From assembly GCA_046262715.1 (NCBI GenBank), contig JBHEMG010000129.1:1-60054 (forward strand): DNA of 60,054 bases. The letters run 5' to 3'. The notes below the pieces were generated by a model. The model was not told the DNA's origin and made no database searches. It saw nothing but the letters and a program-made list of their open reading frames with translations. A program made the translations under genes and the position numbers. This document shows, one piece after another, positions 50,628-59,082 of the stretch (its first letter is position 1; every line of letters starts with the position of its first letter). This DNA is from Gemmatimonadales bacterium. GTDB lineage: Bacteria > Gemmatimonadota > Gemmatimonadetes > Gemmatimonadales > GWC2-71-9.

Positions 50628-51538
50628 CCCCGCTCGGCAGCCGCCGTTCGAACCACATCGGCGACCGCCGCCACGAGTCCCGGATGATCGTTCAGCGACG
50701 CGGTGCGCTCGAGCTGCACCCCGAGCCGCCTCGCGAGCGCCTGGTACTCGATGTCGATGTCGTACAGGATTTCGACGTGATCGCAAACAAAGCCGATCGG
50801 CACCAGCAGCACGGCGGTACAACCGCTCTTGGCGAGCTCCGTCATCACATCCCCCGCGTCGGGGCCGAGCCATGGATCGGCGGTGGCACCCGCGCTTTGA
50901 TAGGCAACGCGCCAGTGCGGCAGCTGCAAACGACGCGCGACGGCGGTGGCGCTCGCCATGAGCTGCTCCGGATACGGATCGCCCGCGGCGACGATGCGTT
51001 GCGGCAGGCTGTGCGCGGTGAAGATCACTTGCGCGTCCTTGGGTCGCGGGAATCGTTGCAGCGCCCGCGTAACCCCGTCAGCCACGGCGTCGAGAAAGCG
51101 CGGATGCTCGCACCAGCTCCGTACCAGCGCGGTTTCGATCTGACCGGCGGGCTGGATCGCTTCGAGCAGCTTCTTCTCGTACGCACCGACCGACATGCTC
51201 GAGTAGTGCGGGGCCATGACGACTCCGACGATGCGGTGATGCCCTGCCTGCCGAATAGCCGCGACCGTGTCATTGATATAGGGGTGCCAGTGTCGCATCC
51301 CGACATAGGTCTGAAACCCGGAGCCCAGCCCGCGTCCTACCGCCGCGGCCTGCGCGCGTGTGCGCTCGAGAATGGGAGAGCGCCCGCCGATGCGGGCATA
51401 GCGGGCGCGGATCTCTTCCACGAGCTGTGGTGTGGTCGGCCGGCCGCCGCGGATGTCCATGAGGTAGGGCTCGACGTCGCTTATGCTCCCGGGCCCGCCG
51501 TACGCCATGACAAGGACGGCGACCTGCTCACGCGCCAT
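50618..51538 (-). CDS. hemH: Ferrochelatase (coproporphyrin type inferred from context)
   Basis: MAYGGP, GMRHWHP, FTAHSLP, WLGPD, GFVCDHVEILYDID. Confidence 0.95.
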   Translation of the reverse strand: MAREQVAVLVMAYGGPGSISDVEPYLMDIRGGRPTTPQLVEEIRARYARIGGRSPILERTRAQAAAVGRGLGSGFQTYVGMRHWHPYINDTVAAIRQAGHHRIVGVVMAPHYSSMSVGAYEKKLLEAIQPAGQIETALVRSWCEHPRFLDAVADGVTRALQRFPRPKDAQVIFTAHSLPQRIVAAGDPYPEQLMASATAVARRLQLPHWRVAYQSAGATADPWLGPDAGDVMTELAKSGCTAVLLVPIGFVCDHVEILYDIDIEYQALARRLGVQLERTASLNDHPGLVAAVADVVRTAAAERGWV

Positions 51539-52550
51539 GCACCAGATCCACGACCGCGCGTACCGCCGCGACGTCGGTCTCGGGCAGGACGCCGTGGCCG
51601 AGGTTGAAAATGTGCCCAGGCCGCCCCGCCGCCTGGCGGAGGATGTCCTGGACTTGCCGATCGCGCTCGGCCGGCGGCGCGAGCAACGCGACGGGCTCGA
51701 GGTTCCCCTGGATGGCGCGATTGCCGATGCGCGCCCACGCGGCGTCGAGCGGCAGCCGCCAATCGATGCTGATGACGTCGCCGCCTGCCGACGCGAAGTC
51801 CTCGAGGAACGTGGCCGTCCCCGTGCCGAAGTGAATGAGCGGGACGCCGGAAGCAGCCGCGAGTGCGAGCGCCCGGCGGCTGTGTGGCTGCACGTATGTC
51901 CGATAGTCCTGCGGCGACAGGCATCCCACCCAGCTGTCGAACATCTGCAGCGCTTGTGCGCCCGCGCGCGCCTGAGCGACCAAGTAGGTCCCGATCAGCT
52001 CCGCAAATTTCCCGAGTAAGCGGTTCCATGCGTCGGGGTGCTGATACATGAAGGTTTTCGTCTTGGTGAACGTGCGACTCGCGCCACCCTCGATCGCGTA
52101 ACTGGCAAGGGTGAACGGCGCACCGGCGAATCCAATCAACGGGATGTCGGTGGGGAGTGCGCGGCGCGCGAGTCGGATGGCGTCCATGACGTAGCCCAGC
52201 TCCGCCTCGACATTGAATGCAGGCAACCGCTCGACGTCCGACGCGTCGCGAATAGGGCGCGCAACAATAGGGCCTTCGCCGGGCTTGAACTCCAAACCCA
52301 GCCGCAGCGGCTCGAACGGCAGCAGGATGTCGGCGAACAAGATCGCCGCGTCCACATGCAGCTTGATCGGCTGCAGCGTGACCTCGGCGGCGAGCTCCGG
52401 GTTGCGGCAGATTTCGAGGATGGAATGCCGCTGTCGCAGCTTGCGGTATTCGGGCATGTACCGTCCCGCCTGCCGCATGAACCAAACGGGTGTGACGTCG
52501 GTGCGCTCCCGACGGCACGCTTTAAGAAATCGCAGGCTGTGAGGTCTCGT
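51528..52550 (-). CDS. hemE: Uroporphyrinogen decarboxylase (start uncertain)
   Basis: FLKACRR..TPVWFMRQAGRY, FADIL, GAPFTLASY, HIFNLGHG. Confidence 0.95.
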   Translation of the reverse strand, partial: TRPHSLRFLKACRRERTDVTPVWFMRQAGRYMPEYRKLRQRHSILEICRNPELAAEVTLQPIKLHVDAAILFADILLPFEPLRLGLEFKPGEGPIVARPIRDASDVERLPAFNVEAELGYVMDAIRLARRALPTDIPLIGFAGAPFTLASYAIEGGASRTFTKTKTFMYQHPDAWNRLLGKFAELIGTYLVAQARAGAQALQMFDSWVGCLSPQDYRTYVQPHSRRALALAAASGVPLIHFGTGTATFLEDFASAGGDVISIDWRLPLDAAWARIGNRAIQGNLEPVALLAPPAERDRQVQDILRQAAGRPGHIFNLGHGVLPETDVAAVRAVVDLVHGA

Positions 52551-53595
52551 GGGCGATCAAGATCGTGTCGCCGTCCAGTTTCACCTGAAACGTCGCCACG
52601 GAATGCACCGGAGGACCGCCGAGGACGCGGCCGGTCTCGAGCGAGAACACACCTTCGTGCCACGGACAGGTGACGGCGCAGCGCGCGGGATCGATGGTGC
52701 CCTCCGACAAGCTGGCTCGGGCGTGTGTGCAGCGATTCGCGATGGCGTACACGGTGCCATTGACGTTGAACAGCGCGACCGCCTCGTTCGCGGCATACAC
52801 GCGCTTCGCCGCGCCCGGCGGCAAATCGGCCAGACTCGCGACCGGCGTAAAGCCGTCGTCGCGCATCGGACGCCGCCCCAACGACTGCGCCGCTCCCGCA
52901 CCGCCGAGCGTGTCGAGCATGTCCCAGAGCGACATTTGCACGCATGTGAAGGTGGGCGTATCGCGCAGCGTGTAGGAGGACGCCTCGCTTTCGCGCAGCT
53001 CCATCACGAGATCGAGGAATTCGCCGGGGTTGTCGCCCTCGAACGCAACGATGAATTCCTGATCGTCGAGTCCGTATGAATACGTCGTGTTCAACCGGAT
53101 CGTGGGATATTTGCGGCCGACGCGGACGTGCTCGTCCATCATGCGCTGGCGCTCAGGCTTGGGAAGCGCATACCAGGCGCGCGTTTTGATGAATGGATAC
53201 ACGAACAGATATTTGGCGGCGCTGGGCTGAATGACGAGACGCTGCTCCTGATGCTGGTCGGCGGGGAATTCGTAGATCGAGCGGCGCGTCATCGCCAAAA
53301 AGCTATACGGCACGGACAGATAGGCGCCGAGATCGGTGCGGTTCAGCGCCGTCTGCAGCTCCACGAGGGGATCGAGATCTTCCGCGACCTGCCAGAGCAG
53401 GAAGTCGGTGTCGCCCCGGATGCCGACCAGCCCATAGGGACGCAGCAGGAGCCGGCCGTTATAGCGCTCGAGCGTCTCCCCGAACTCGAGCTTGCCGGCG
53501 GCCTGGCGCTCGGCGGTCAGCCGCCGCCAGGCGGGATCCAGCTTGTAAAACGCGTAGCGGACGACTTGGCGCTTTTCCGATTTGACCTCAGGCAT
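52522..53595 (-). CDS. chdC: Coproheme decarboxylase (chlorite dismutase family) fused to a Rieske domain
   Basis: YPFIK, WY, proximal EH, GLDDQEF; C-terminal CTH...CPWH. Confidence 0.85.
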   Translation of the reverse strand: MPEVKSEKRQVVRYAFYKLDPAWRRLTAERQAAGKLEFGETLERYNGRLLLRPYGLVGIRGDTDFLLWQVAEDLDPLVELQTALNRTDLGAYLSVPYSFLAMTRRSIYEFPADQHQEQRLVIQPSAAKYLFVYPFIKTRAWYALPKPERQRMMDEHVRVGRKYPTIRLNTTYSYGLDDQEFIVAFEGDNPGEFLDLVMELRESEASSYTLRDTPTFTCVQMSLWDMLDTLGGAGAAQSLGRRPMRDDGFTPVASLADLPPGAAKRVYAANEAVALFNVNGTVYAIANRCTHARASLSEGTIDPARCAVTCPWHEGVFSLETGRVLGGPPVHSVATFQVKLDGDTILIAHETSQPAIS

Positions 53596-53604
53596 ACGGC
53601 GAAT

Positions 53605-53772
53605 CTAACTCCTTCTCCCTTCTCCCTTCTCCCTGTTCTTGTAGCCTTTCAGGATCAGGTATGTGAGCACGGAGAAGATCGTAATCGGCAGCAGAATCAT
53701 GAAGACCGAGCTCCAGAAATAGATGATATCCATCTCGTCGCCGTGCAGCAGAATTGCGAGGACCGGACTCAT
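53605..53772 (-). CDS. Small membrane protein (55 aa)
   Basis: MSPVLAILLHGDEMDIIYFWSSVFMILLP...; ATGA overlap with the upstream sORF. Confidence 0.65.
   Translation of the reverse strand: MSPVLAILLHGDEMDIIYFWSSVFMILLPITIFSVLTYLILKGYKNREKGEGRRS
53611..53634. repeat. Heptamer (CCTTCTC)x3
   Basis: ccttctc ccttctc ccttctc cct. Confidence 0.8.
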
Positions 53773-53936
53773 CGGCCGATGAAGCGGCGCAGATGCCGCA
53801 GATAATACGTGAGACCGGCACCGAGCACGCCGAAGCCGATGCCCAGGACCATCTGACCGCGCCACAAGGCCCAGAGCGCGAATCCGGCGCAGAAGACAAT
53901 GGCGGCGGTGATAAGGAAACGATGAAAGGGAATCAT
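53769..53936 (-). CDS. Small two-TM protein (55 aa), absent from the ORF track
   Basis: MIPFHRFLITAAIVFCAGFALWALWRGQMVLGIGFGVLGAGLTYYLRHLRRFIGR. Confidence 0.7.
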   Translation of the reverse strand: MIPFHRFLITAAIVFCAGFALWALWRGQMVLGIGFGVLGAGLTYYLRHLRRFIGR

Positions 53937-53943
53937 TGATCGC

Positions 53944-54795
53944 TCACGCGGCCACTTTGTCGAGCACCATCAACGTCAGCAGCGCGGGCAGATACAGGAT
54001 GGAGACGAAGAATAGCCGCCAGGCACGCGCGGGCGTGGCGCCCCCGAGCAAGCCGCCCCCGGCCGCCACATAGCCGGCGCCGAGTGCCAGGGCGCCGAAG
54101 AAGTACCACGCGCCCGTCACGCCGAGCAGCGTGGGCAACAGGCTGATCGGGAGCAGCGCCATAGCGTAGAGCAGCGCCATCCGCCCGGTGTCGCGTCCAC
54201 TTTCATCCGCGACGCTGAGCATCCGCAAGCCACCCGCGCGATAATCCTCCCGGTACAGCCAGGCGAGCGCCAGGAAATGGGGCAATTGCCAGAGGAACAG
54301 AATCCAGAACAACGCGCCGACGGCGGCGCCGATGCTGCCGCCCGCGGCGGTCCACCCACCCACGATCGGCAACGCGCCGGGCACGGCGCCCACGAGCGTA
54401 TTGAGCGAGGTCGTCCGTTTCAGCGGCGTGTACAGCAGCACATAGCTCGCGAAGGTGAGCGCCGCGAGCGCTGCGGTGAGCACATTGACGGTCACGCCCA
54501 GATAGAGGACGCCGGCGGCGGTAATGGCCGACGCGAACCAGATCGCGGCGCGTGCCGTGAGCCGGCCTGACGGCAGCGGACGGCGGCGCGTGCGCACCAT
54601 GCGCGCGTCGACGTCGCGCTCCCGGATTTCGTTCCAAGCGTTTGTGCCTGCCGCTACGAGCGCCGTTCCCAGCAGGGTATTGGCGAGCAGCAGCAGATCT
54701 ACCCGGCCGTGCGCGCCGAGGTAGAACCCCGCGGCGGCCGTCAGGAGCACCAGTTGTGTGATGCGCGGCTTGGTCAGCTCGAGCAGCGCTACCGT
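53944..54795 (-). CDS. cyoE: Heme o synthase (start uncertain)
   Basis: ELTKPRI, ERDVDARMVRT..RPLPSG, YTPLKR, WQLPHF. Confidence 0.95.
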   Translation of the reverse strand, partial: TVALLELTKPRITQLVLLTAAAGFYLGAHGRVDLLLLANTLLGTALVAAGTNAWNEIRERDVDARMVRTRRRPLPSGRLTARAAIWFASAITAAGVLYLGVTVNVLTAALAALTFASYVLLYTPLKRTTSLNTLVGAVPGALPIVGGWTAAGGSIGAAVGALFWILFLWQLPHFLALAWLYREDYRAGGLRMLSVADESGRDTGRMALLYAMALLPISLLPTLLGVTGAWYFFGALALGAGYVAAGGGLLGGATPARAWRLFFVSILYLPALLTLMVLDKVAA

Positions 54796-55076
54796 ACTCG
54801 CTCCATGATCACGGTCGAGACGAGAATGATCGCCAGCGGAATCGGCACCATAAAAATCAGCCGCAGGCGCCAGCGCTCGAATTTGAGATGCATGAAGAAC
54901 ATCGCCACGAGCATCGCTTTCCAGATCGCCAGCACGAGCAGTAGAATCAGCTTCAGGTTGCGCGCGACGGGCAACTCGAATGCCAGCAGCACTTCGGCAA
55001 CCGTCATCAGAAACAGATAAAGCCAGATCAGCATGTAGTTGGGGCGGACGTGCGTCGTCGGAGCTGGAGTCGTCAT
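54789..55076 (-). CDS. Cytochrome c oxidase subunit IV
   Basis: Three TM segments, KA.LV..FFMHLKFE. Confidence 0.88.
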   Translation of the reverse strand: MTTPAPTTHVRPNYMLIWLYLFLMTVAEVLLAFELPVARNLKLILLLVLAIWKAMLVAMFFMHLKFERWRLRLIFMVPIPLAIILVSTVIMERVR

Positions 55077-55089
55077 AGGGCGCCGGTCC

Positions 55090-55812
55090 TCAAATCAGGT
55101 AGACGATCGTGAACAGGATGATCCAGACCAGGTCTACGAAGTGCCAGTACAACCCAATGACCTCGATCCCCGCATAGTCCTGCGCCGTGTACTTCTCCGG
55201 CAGCACTTTGGTGAAATACAGATAGAGCATGCTGATGACGCCGCACGTGACGTGGAAACCGTGAAAGCCCGTCATGGTGAAGAACGTCGACCCGTACATT
55301 CCGGCAACGCCGGCCCCGAATTTGAGGGGATCGGCCAGCGCGTGCTCGGCGAGGAGCGAGCCCTCGCGGAATCCGGAGGGGGTGAAGCCCTCGCCCACGA
55401 GCTTGATGTATTCGATCAGCTGCACGCCCACGAACCCGGCGCCGCAGATGATCGTGATCAGCATCCAGAACTTCAGCCCGCCGTCCTGGAGCCGCTGTCC
55501 CGGCACTTTGCGCAGGAAATACTTCTTGCCGTCCGCGATCGCGGCGTACGCCTTCACCATCGAAACGGACGAGCAGATGAGCAGGAACGTGTTGAGGCCG
55601 GTGAGCGGCACGTTGAGGACCGCGCCGGGCTTCGCCCACTCGCTCGCCATGCCGAAGCGCAGCACGATGTAGGAGCCGATCAGGGCCGTGAAGAACATCA
55701 CGTCGCTCGCCAGGAAGATCCACATGCCCAGCTTCTTGCTGTAGACCCCCGCCCCCTGCTCGGCCGGGACGGGAGGCCGCATCATGTCGACGGAATGCGT
55801 CGCGTGCGTCAT
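55090..55812 (-). CDS. Cytochrome c oxidase subunit III
   Basis: GMWIFLASD, TGFHGFHV, LYWHFVDLVW. Confidence 0.95.
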   Translation of the reverse strand: MTHATHSVDMMRPPVPAEQGAGVYSKKLGMWIFLASDVMFFTALIGSYIVLRFGMASEWAKPGAVLNVPLTGLNTFLLICSSVSMVKAYAAIADGKKYFLRKVPGQRLQDGGLKFWMLITIICGAGFVGVQLIEYIKLVGEGFTPSGFREGSLLAEHALADPLKFGAGVAGMYGSTFFTMTGFHGFHVTCGVISMLYLYFTKVLPEKYTAQDYAGIEVIGLYWHFVDLVWIILFTIVYLI

Positions 55813-55825
55813 CGCACTCTCCCGG

Positions 55826-57607
55826 TTAGTGGGTGGCCGGCAGCGTGGCCGGCACAGGGTCACGATCGGTCGGCAACTTCACGTACTGCGGCAGGAAGTC
55901 AGTGTTCCCCGCCTCGGGCGAGCTAAACTCGTACGGTCCGCGGTACACGTTGGGCGTCTTCGGTGCCCAGTTGCCGTGGGGCGCGGGGTTGGGCAGCGAC
56001 CACTCGAGACCGTTGTCCTCCCAGGGATTCTGCGACGCTTTCTTGCCGAACTTCAGGCTCCACAGAAAGTTGAACGCGAACAACAGCTGCACCGCGAACA
56101 GTGCGAACGCGCTGTAGGAGATGAATTCGTTGAGGGGCTGCTGCGGCTTGAGGAAGTCGTAAATCGTCGGATCGTAGATGCGCCGCATCTGACCGCCCAT
56201 CCCGATGATGTGCATCGGGAAGAAGGTCATGTTGTAGAACACGAAGGTGAGCGCAAAATGGACCTTGCCGATGCGCTCGCTCATCATTCGGCCGAACATT
56301 TTCGGATACCAGTACGGTATCGCGGCGAACAGCGCGAACAAAGACCCGCCGAACAACACGTAATGCAGGTGGGCGACGATGAATTGTGTGTCGTGCAGGG
56401 GAATGTCTACCGGCGTCGCCGCCATGAAGATGCCCGAGAGGCCGCCGATCGTGAACATCGAAACAAAACCGATGGCGTTCAGCATCGGGACGTGGAAGCG
56501 CAGGTTGCCGCGCCACATCGTGCCCAACCAGTTGAATACCTTGATGGCCGACGGCACCGCGATGAGCAGGGTGGAGACCATGAACGTGGACCCCAGCGTC
56601 GGGTTCATGCCGCTCATGAACATGTGATGGCCCCACACGATCCATCCAAGAAACGCGATACCGATGATGGCGAACACCATCGAGTGGTAGCCGAAAATCG
56701 GTTTGCGGCTGCCGTTGGCAATGATATCGGAGACCATGCCCATCGCCGGCAGGATCAGGATGTAGACCTCGGGGTGCCCGAAGAACCAGAACAGATGCTG
56801 CCATAGCAGCGCCTGCCCCCCCGCCGCCGGATCGAAAAAGTGGGTGCCGAGCGTCTGATCGAATAACAGCATGATTGCCGCACCCTGCAGGACCGGCAGG
56901 GCGAGCACCGCGAGGATCGCCGTAATGAAGAGCGCCCACACCGACAAGGGCATGCGGAACCATGTCATGCCGGGCGCCCGGTGGTTGATGATCGTCGTGA
57001 TGTAGTTCACCGAGCCCATGACCGATGACAACCCCAGCACGACGATCGAAATACTCCACAGCCTCTGGCTGATCGTCGCGCCCGACAGATCGGGCCGGGC
57101 CGACAGCGGCGCGTACATCGTCCACCCCGCGCGCGGCGCGCCATCGGGCACGAAGAATCCCGCGAGCATGATGAGACCGGCGAACAGCGCCAGCCAGAAC
57201 GACCACATGTTGATGCGCGGGAACGCCATGTCGTGCGTCCCGATCTTGAGCGGGATGAGGAAGTTGGCGTATACCCCCACCAGCAGCGGCATGATGGCAA
57301 AGAACACCATGAACGTGCCGTGCATCGTGACGAGCTGGATGTAGTACTCGGGCAGGATCACGCCGCCCGAGACCATGCTTTCCGGCAGGATCCCGCCGCC
57401 GGGCATCGGCTTCCCCGGGAAGCCGAGCTGCCAGCGGATCTGCATGGCCAGAAGCCCGCCGATCAGCAGGAAGAACAGGCTGACGAACAGGAACTGGATG
57501 CCGATGATCTTGTGGTCGGTGGAAAAGATGTATTTCTGCCAGAAGCTCGTGGGCCCGTGGTGCGCGTCCCCGTGGGCTTCCGGCCTCGCGCGCGCGACGC
57601 TCGTCAT
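55826..57607 (-). CDS. ctaD: Cytochrome c oxidase subunit I (A1 type)
   Basis: TDHKIIG, GHPEVYI, WGHH, HLHYV. Confidence 0.97.
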   Translation of the reverse strand: MTSVARARPEAHGDAHHGPTSFWQKYIFSTDHKIIGIQFLFVSLFFLLIGGLLAMQIRWQLGFPGKPMPGGGILPESMVSGGVILPEYYIQLVTMHGTFMVFFAIMPLLVGVYANFLIPLKIGTHDMAFPRINMWSFWLALFAGLIMLAGFFVPDGAPRAGWTMYAPLSARPDLSGATISQRLWSISIVVLGLSSVMGSVNYITTIINHRAPGMTWFRMPLSVWALFITAILAVLALPVLQGAAIMLLFDQTLGTHFFDPAAGGQALLWQHLFWFFGHPEVYILILPAMGMVSDIIANGSRKPIFGYHSMVFAIIGIAFLGWIVWGHHMFMSGMNPTLGSTFMVSTLLIAVPSAIKVFNWLGTMWRGNLRFHVPMLNAIGFVSMFTIGGLSGIFMAATPVDIPLHDTQFIVAHLHYVLFGGSLFALFAAIPYWYPKMFGRMMSERIGKVHFALTFVFYNMTFFPMHIIGMGGQMRRIYDPTIYDFLKPQQPLNEFISYSAFALFAVQLLFAFNFLWSLKFGKKASQNPWEDNGLEWSLPNPAPHGNWAPKTPNVYRGPYEFSSPEAGNTDFLPQYVKLPTDRDPVPATLPATH

Positions 57608-58275
57608 TCGGTTCCTCCGGCAGCTTGTTGAGCGGTCCAGGCCTTGAACTCGTCAGGCGTGTGCACGAACACGCGCGCCCGCATCTTGTAATGCCCCATC
57701 CCGCACAGCTCGGCGCAGCCGATCTCGAACTCGCCCGCCTTCGTCGCCTGGAACCAGGCGGTGATGTGCATGCCGGGCACCGCGTCCTGCTTTAGCCGGA
57801 ACTCCGGAACGAAGAAGGAGTGAATGACGTCTTCCGAGCTGAGCTCGACGGCAATCGGCTCGTTCACCGTCACATGCAGCTGGTTCCGTACCGTGAAGTC
57901 GTCCTCCGTTCCCAGCTCCCCGTCGGCGCCCGGGTAGGTCACCTGCCACTCGAACTGCTTGGCGTGCACACCGACGTGATAGGCGTTGGGCGGGATGCTC
58001 TTTTTGTCCTTGATCAGGACCCAGTAGTGATTGCTGACGAGTCCGAGCGCGACCATCGTCACCGCGGGGATCGCCGTCCAGATCACCTCCGCGCGCGTCG
58101 AGCCGTGCGTGTAAAACGCCTTCCGGCCCGGACGCCCGCGGTATCGTATTACAAACGTGATCAATCCTACCTCGACGATCACAAACGCGATGCCGGTGAG
58201 AATGAGAATCACCAGGAACAGCGTGTCGATCGGACCCGCGAACGTCGATCCTGCGTCGGGAAGCCACCAACGCAT
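57604..58275 (-). CDS. ctaC: Cytochrome c oxidase subunit II
   Basis: DVIHSF, CuA motif CAELCGMGHYKM. Confidence 0.96.
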   Translation of the reverse strand: MRWWLPDAGSTFAGPIDTLFLVILILTGIAFVIVEVGLITFVIRYRGRPGRKAFYTHGSTRAEVIWTAIPAVTMVALGLVSNHYWVLIKDKKSIPPNAYHVGVHAKQFEWQVTYPGADGELGTEDDFTVRNQLHVTVNEPIAVELSSEDVIHSFFVPEFRLKQDAVPGMHITAWFQATKAGEFEIGCAELCGMGHYKMRARVFVHTPDEFKAWTAQQAAGGTE

Positions 58276-58290
58276 CGAGCTCTCCTCGCG

Positions 58291-59082
58291 CTAGTGCGCG
58301 GCGAAAGTGAAGTTGGCCGTCTTGCTCTCGGCGCCCGCGATCGTCACGGTCGCCGTCTGCGTGCCGAACTTCTCGTGCCATGCCTCGATCGTGTACGTGC
58401 CGGGGGGCAGTCCCTTGATCGTGAAGCTGCCATCTGGCCCCGAAACCGCGTAGAACGGATCGGGCCGCACTCCGAGGTAGGCGTGCATCCAGCCGTGTAC
58501 GTTGCACTCGAGGTTCACCATCACCTCGGGAGCCGAGAACGTGCGCGTCGTCTTCATGCCGGCGCCGGGCTGGCTGACGTTGAAGGGACGGTTCTTCTTG
58601 GCGATGGCCTTGATGTTATGCAGGACGGGATCGGAATTCTGAATCTCGAGGCCTTGGCCGACCATGACCCCGAACACGTGGGGATGGTAGCGGCACCCGT
58701 TCTGGTCGAGCAGGACAGGCGTCGCGGGAGCCGTGAACGTCTGCCCCGCCGGCACACCCGACTTTACGTACACGAATACGTTCGACAGCGAGTTGGCCGC
58801 GCCGGCCATCACGTTCTCTTCCGTTGGCGTCGTCGCGTACTTCGATTTGCATGCCGCTTCTTCGCTCATGTCGATGGTCGGATTGCGGGGCGCCGCGCCG
58901 GTGAACTTGATCTTCCCGGTGATCGTCCCGCCGGCGGCGGTCGATGACGCGGACACGTCTCCCGATGATGCACTGGGCGCAGCCGCAGCGGGCGCTGCAG
59001 CCTGCACGTTGCTCTTCTCACCTTTGCTGCACACGGTGAGCAGGAACATTCCGCTCACCACGCTCAACATTCTGACGTTCAT
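58291..59082 (-). CDS. Lipoprotein with carboxypeptidase-regulatory-like and cupredoxin-like segments
   Basis: LTVC lipobox, DQNGC.Y.PH, NSDPVLHN, CNVHGWM. Confidence 0.75.
   Translation of the reverse strand: MNVRMLSVVSGMFLLTVCSKGEKSNVQAAAPAAAAPSASSGDVSASSTAAGGTITGKIKFTGAAPRNPTIDMSEEAACKSKYATTPTEENVMAGAANSLSNVFVYVKSGVPAGQTFTAPATPVLLDQNGCRYHPHVFGVMVGQGLEIQNSDPVLHNIKAIAKKNRPFNVSQPGAGMKTTRTFSAPEVMVNLECNVHGWMHAYLGVRPDPFYAVSGPDGSFTIKGLPPGTYTIEAWHEKFGTQTATVTIAGAESKTANFTFAAH

Noticed and set aside
52522-53595. True chlorite dismutase
   Set aside because: No apparent distal Arg, ChdC-type YPxxK motif present, and heme-synthesis context
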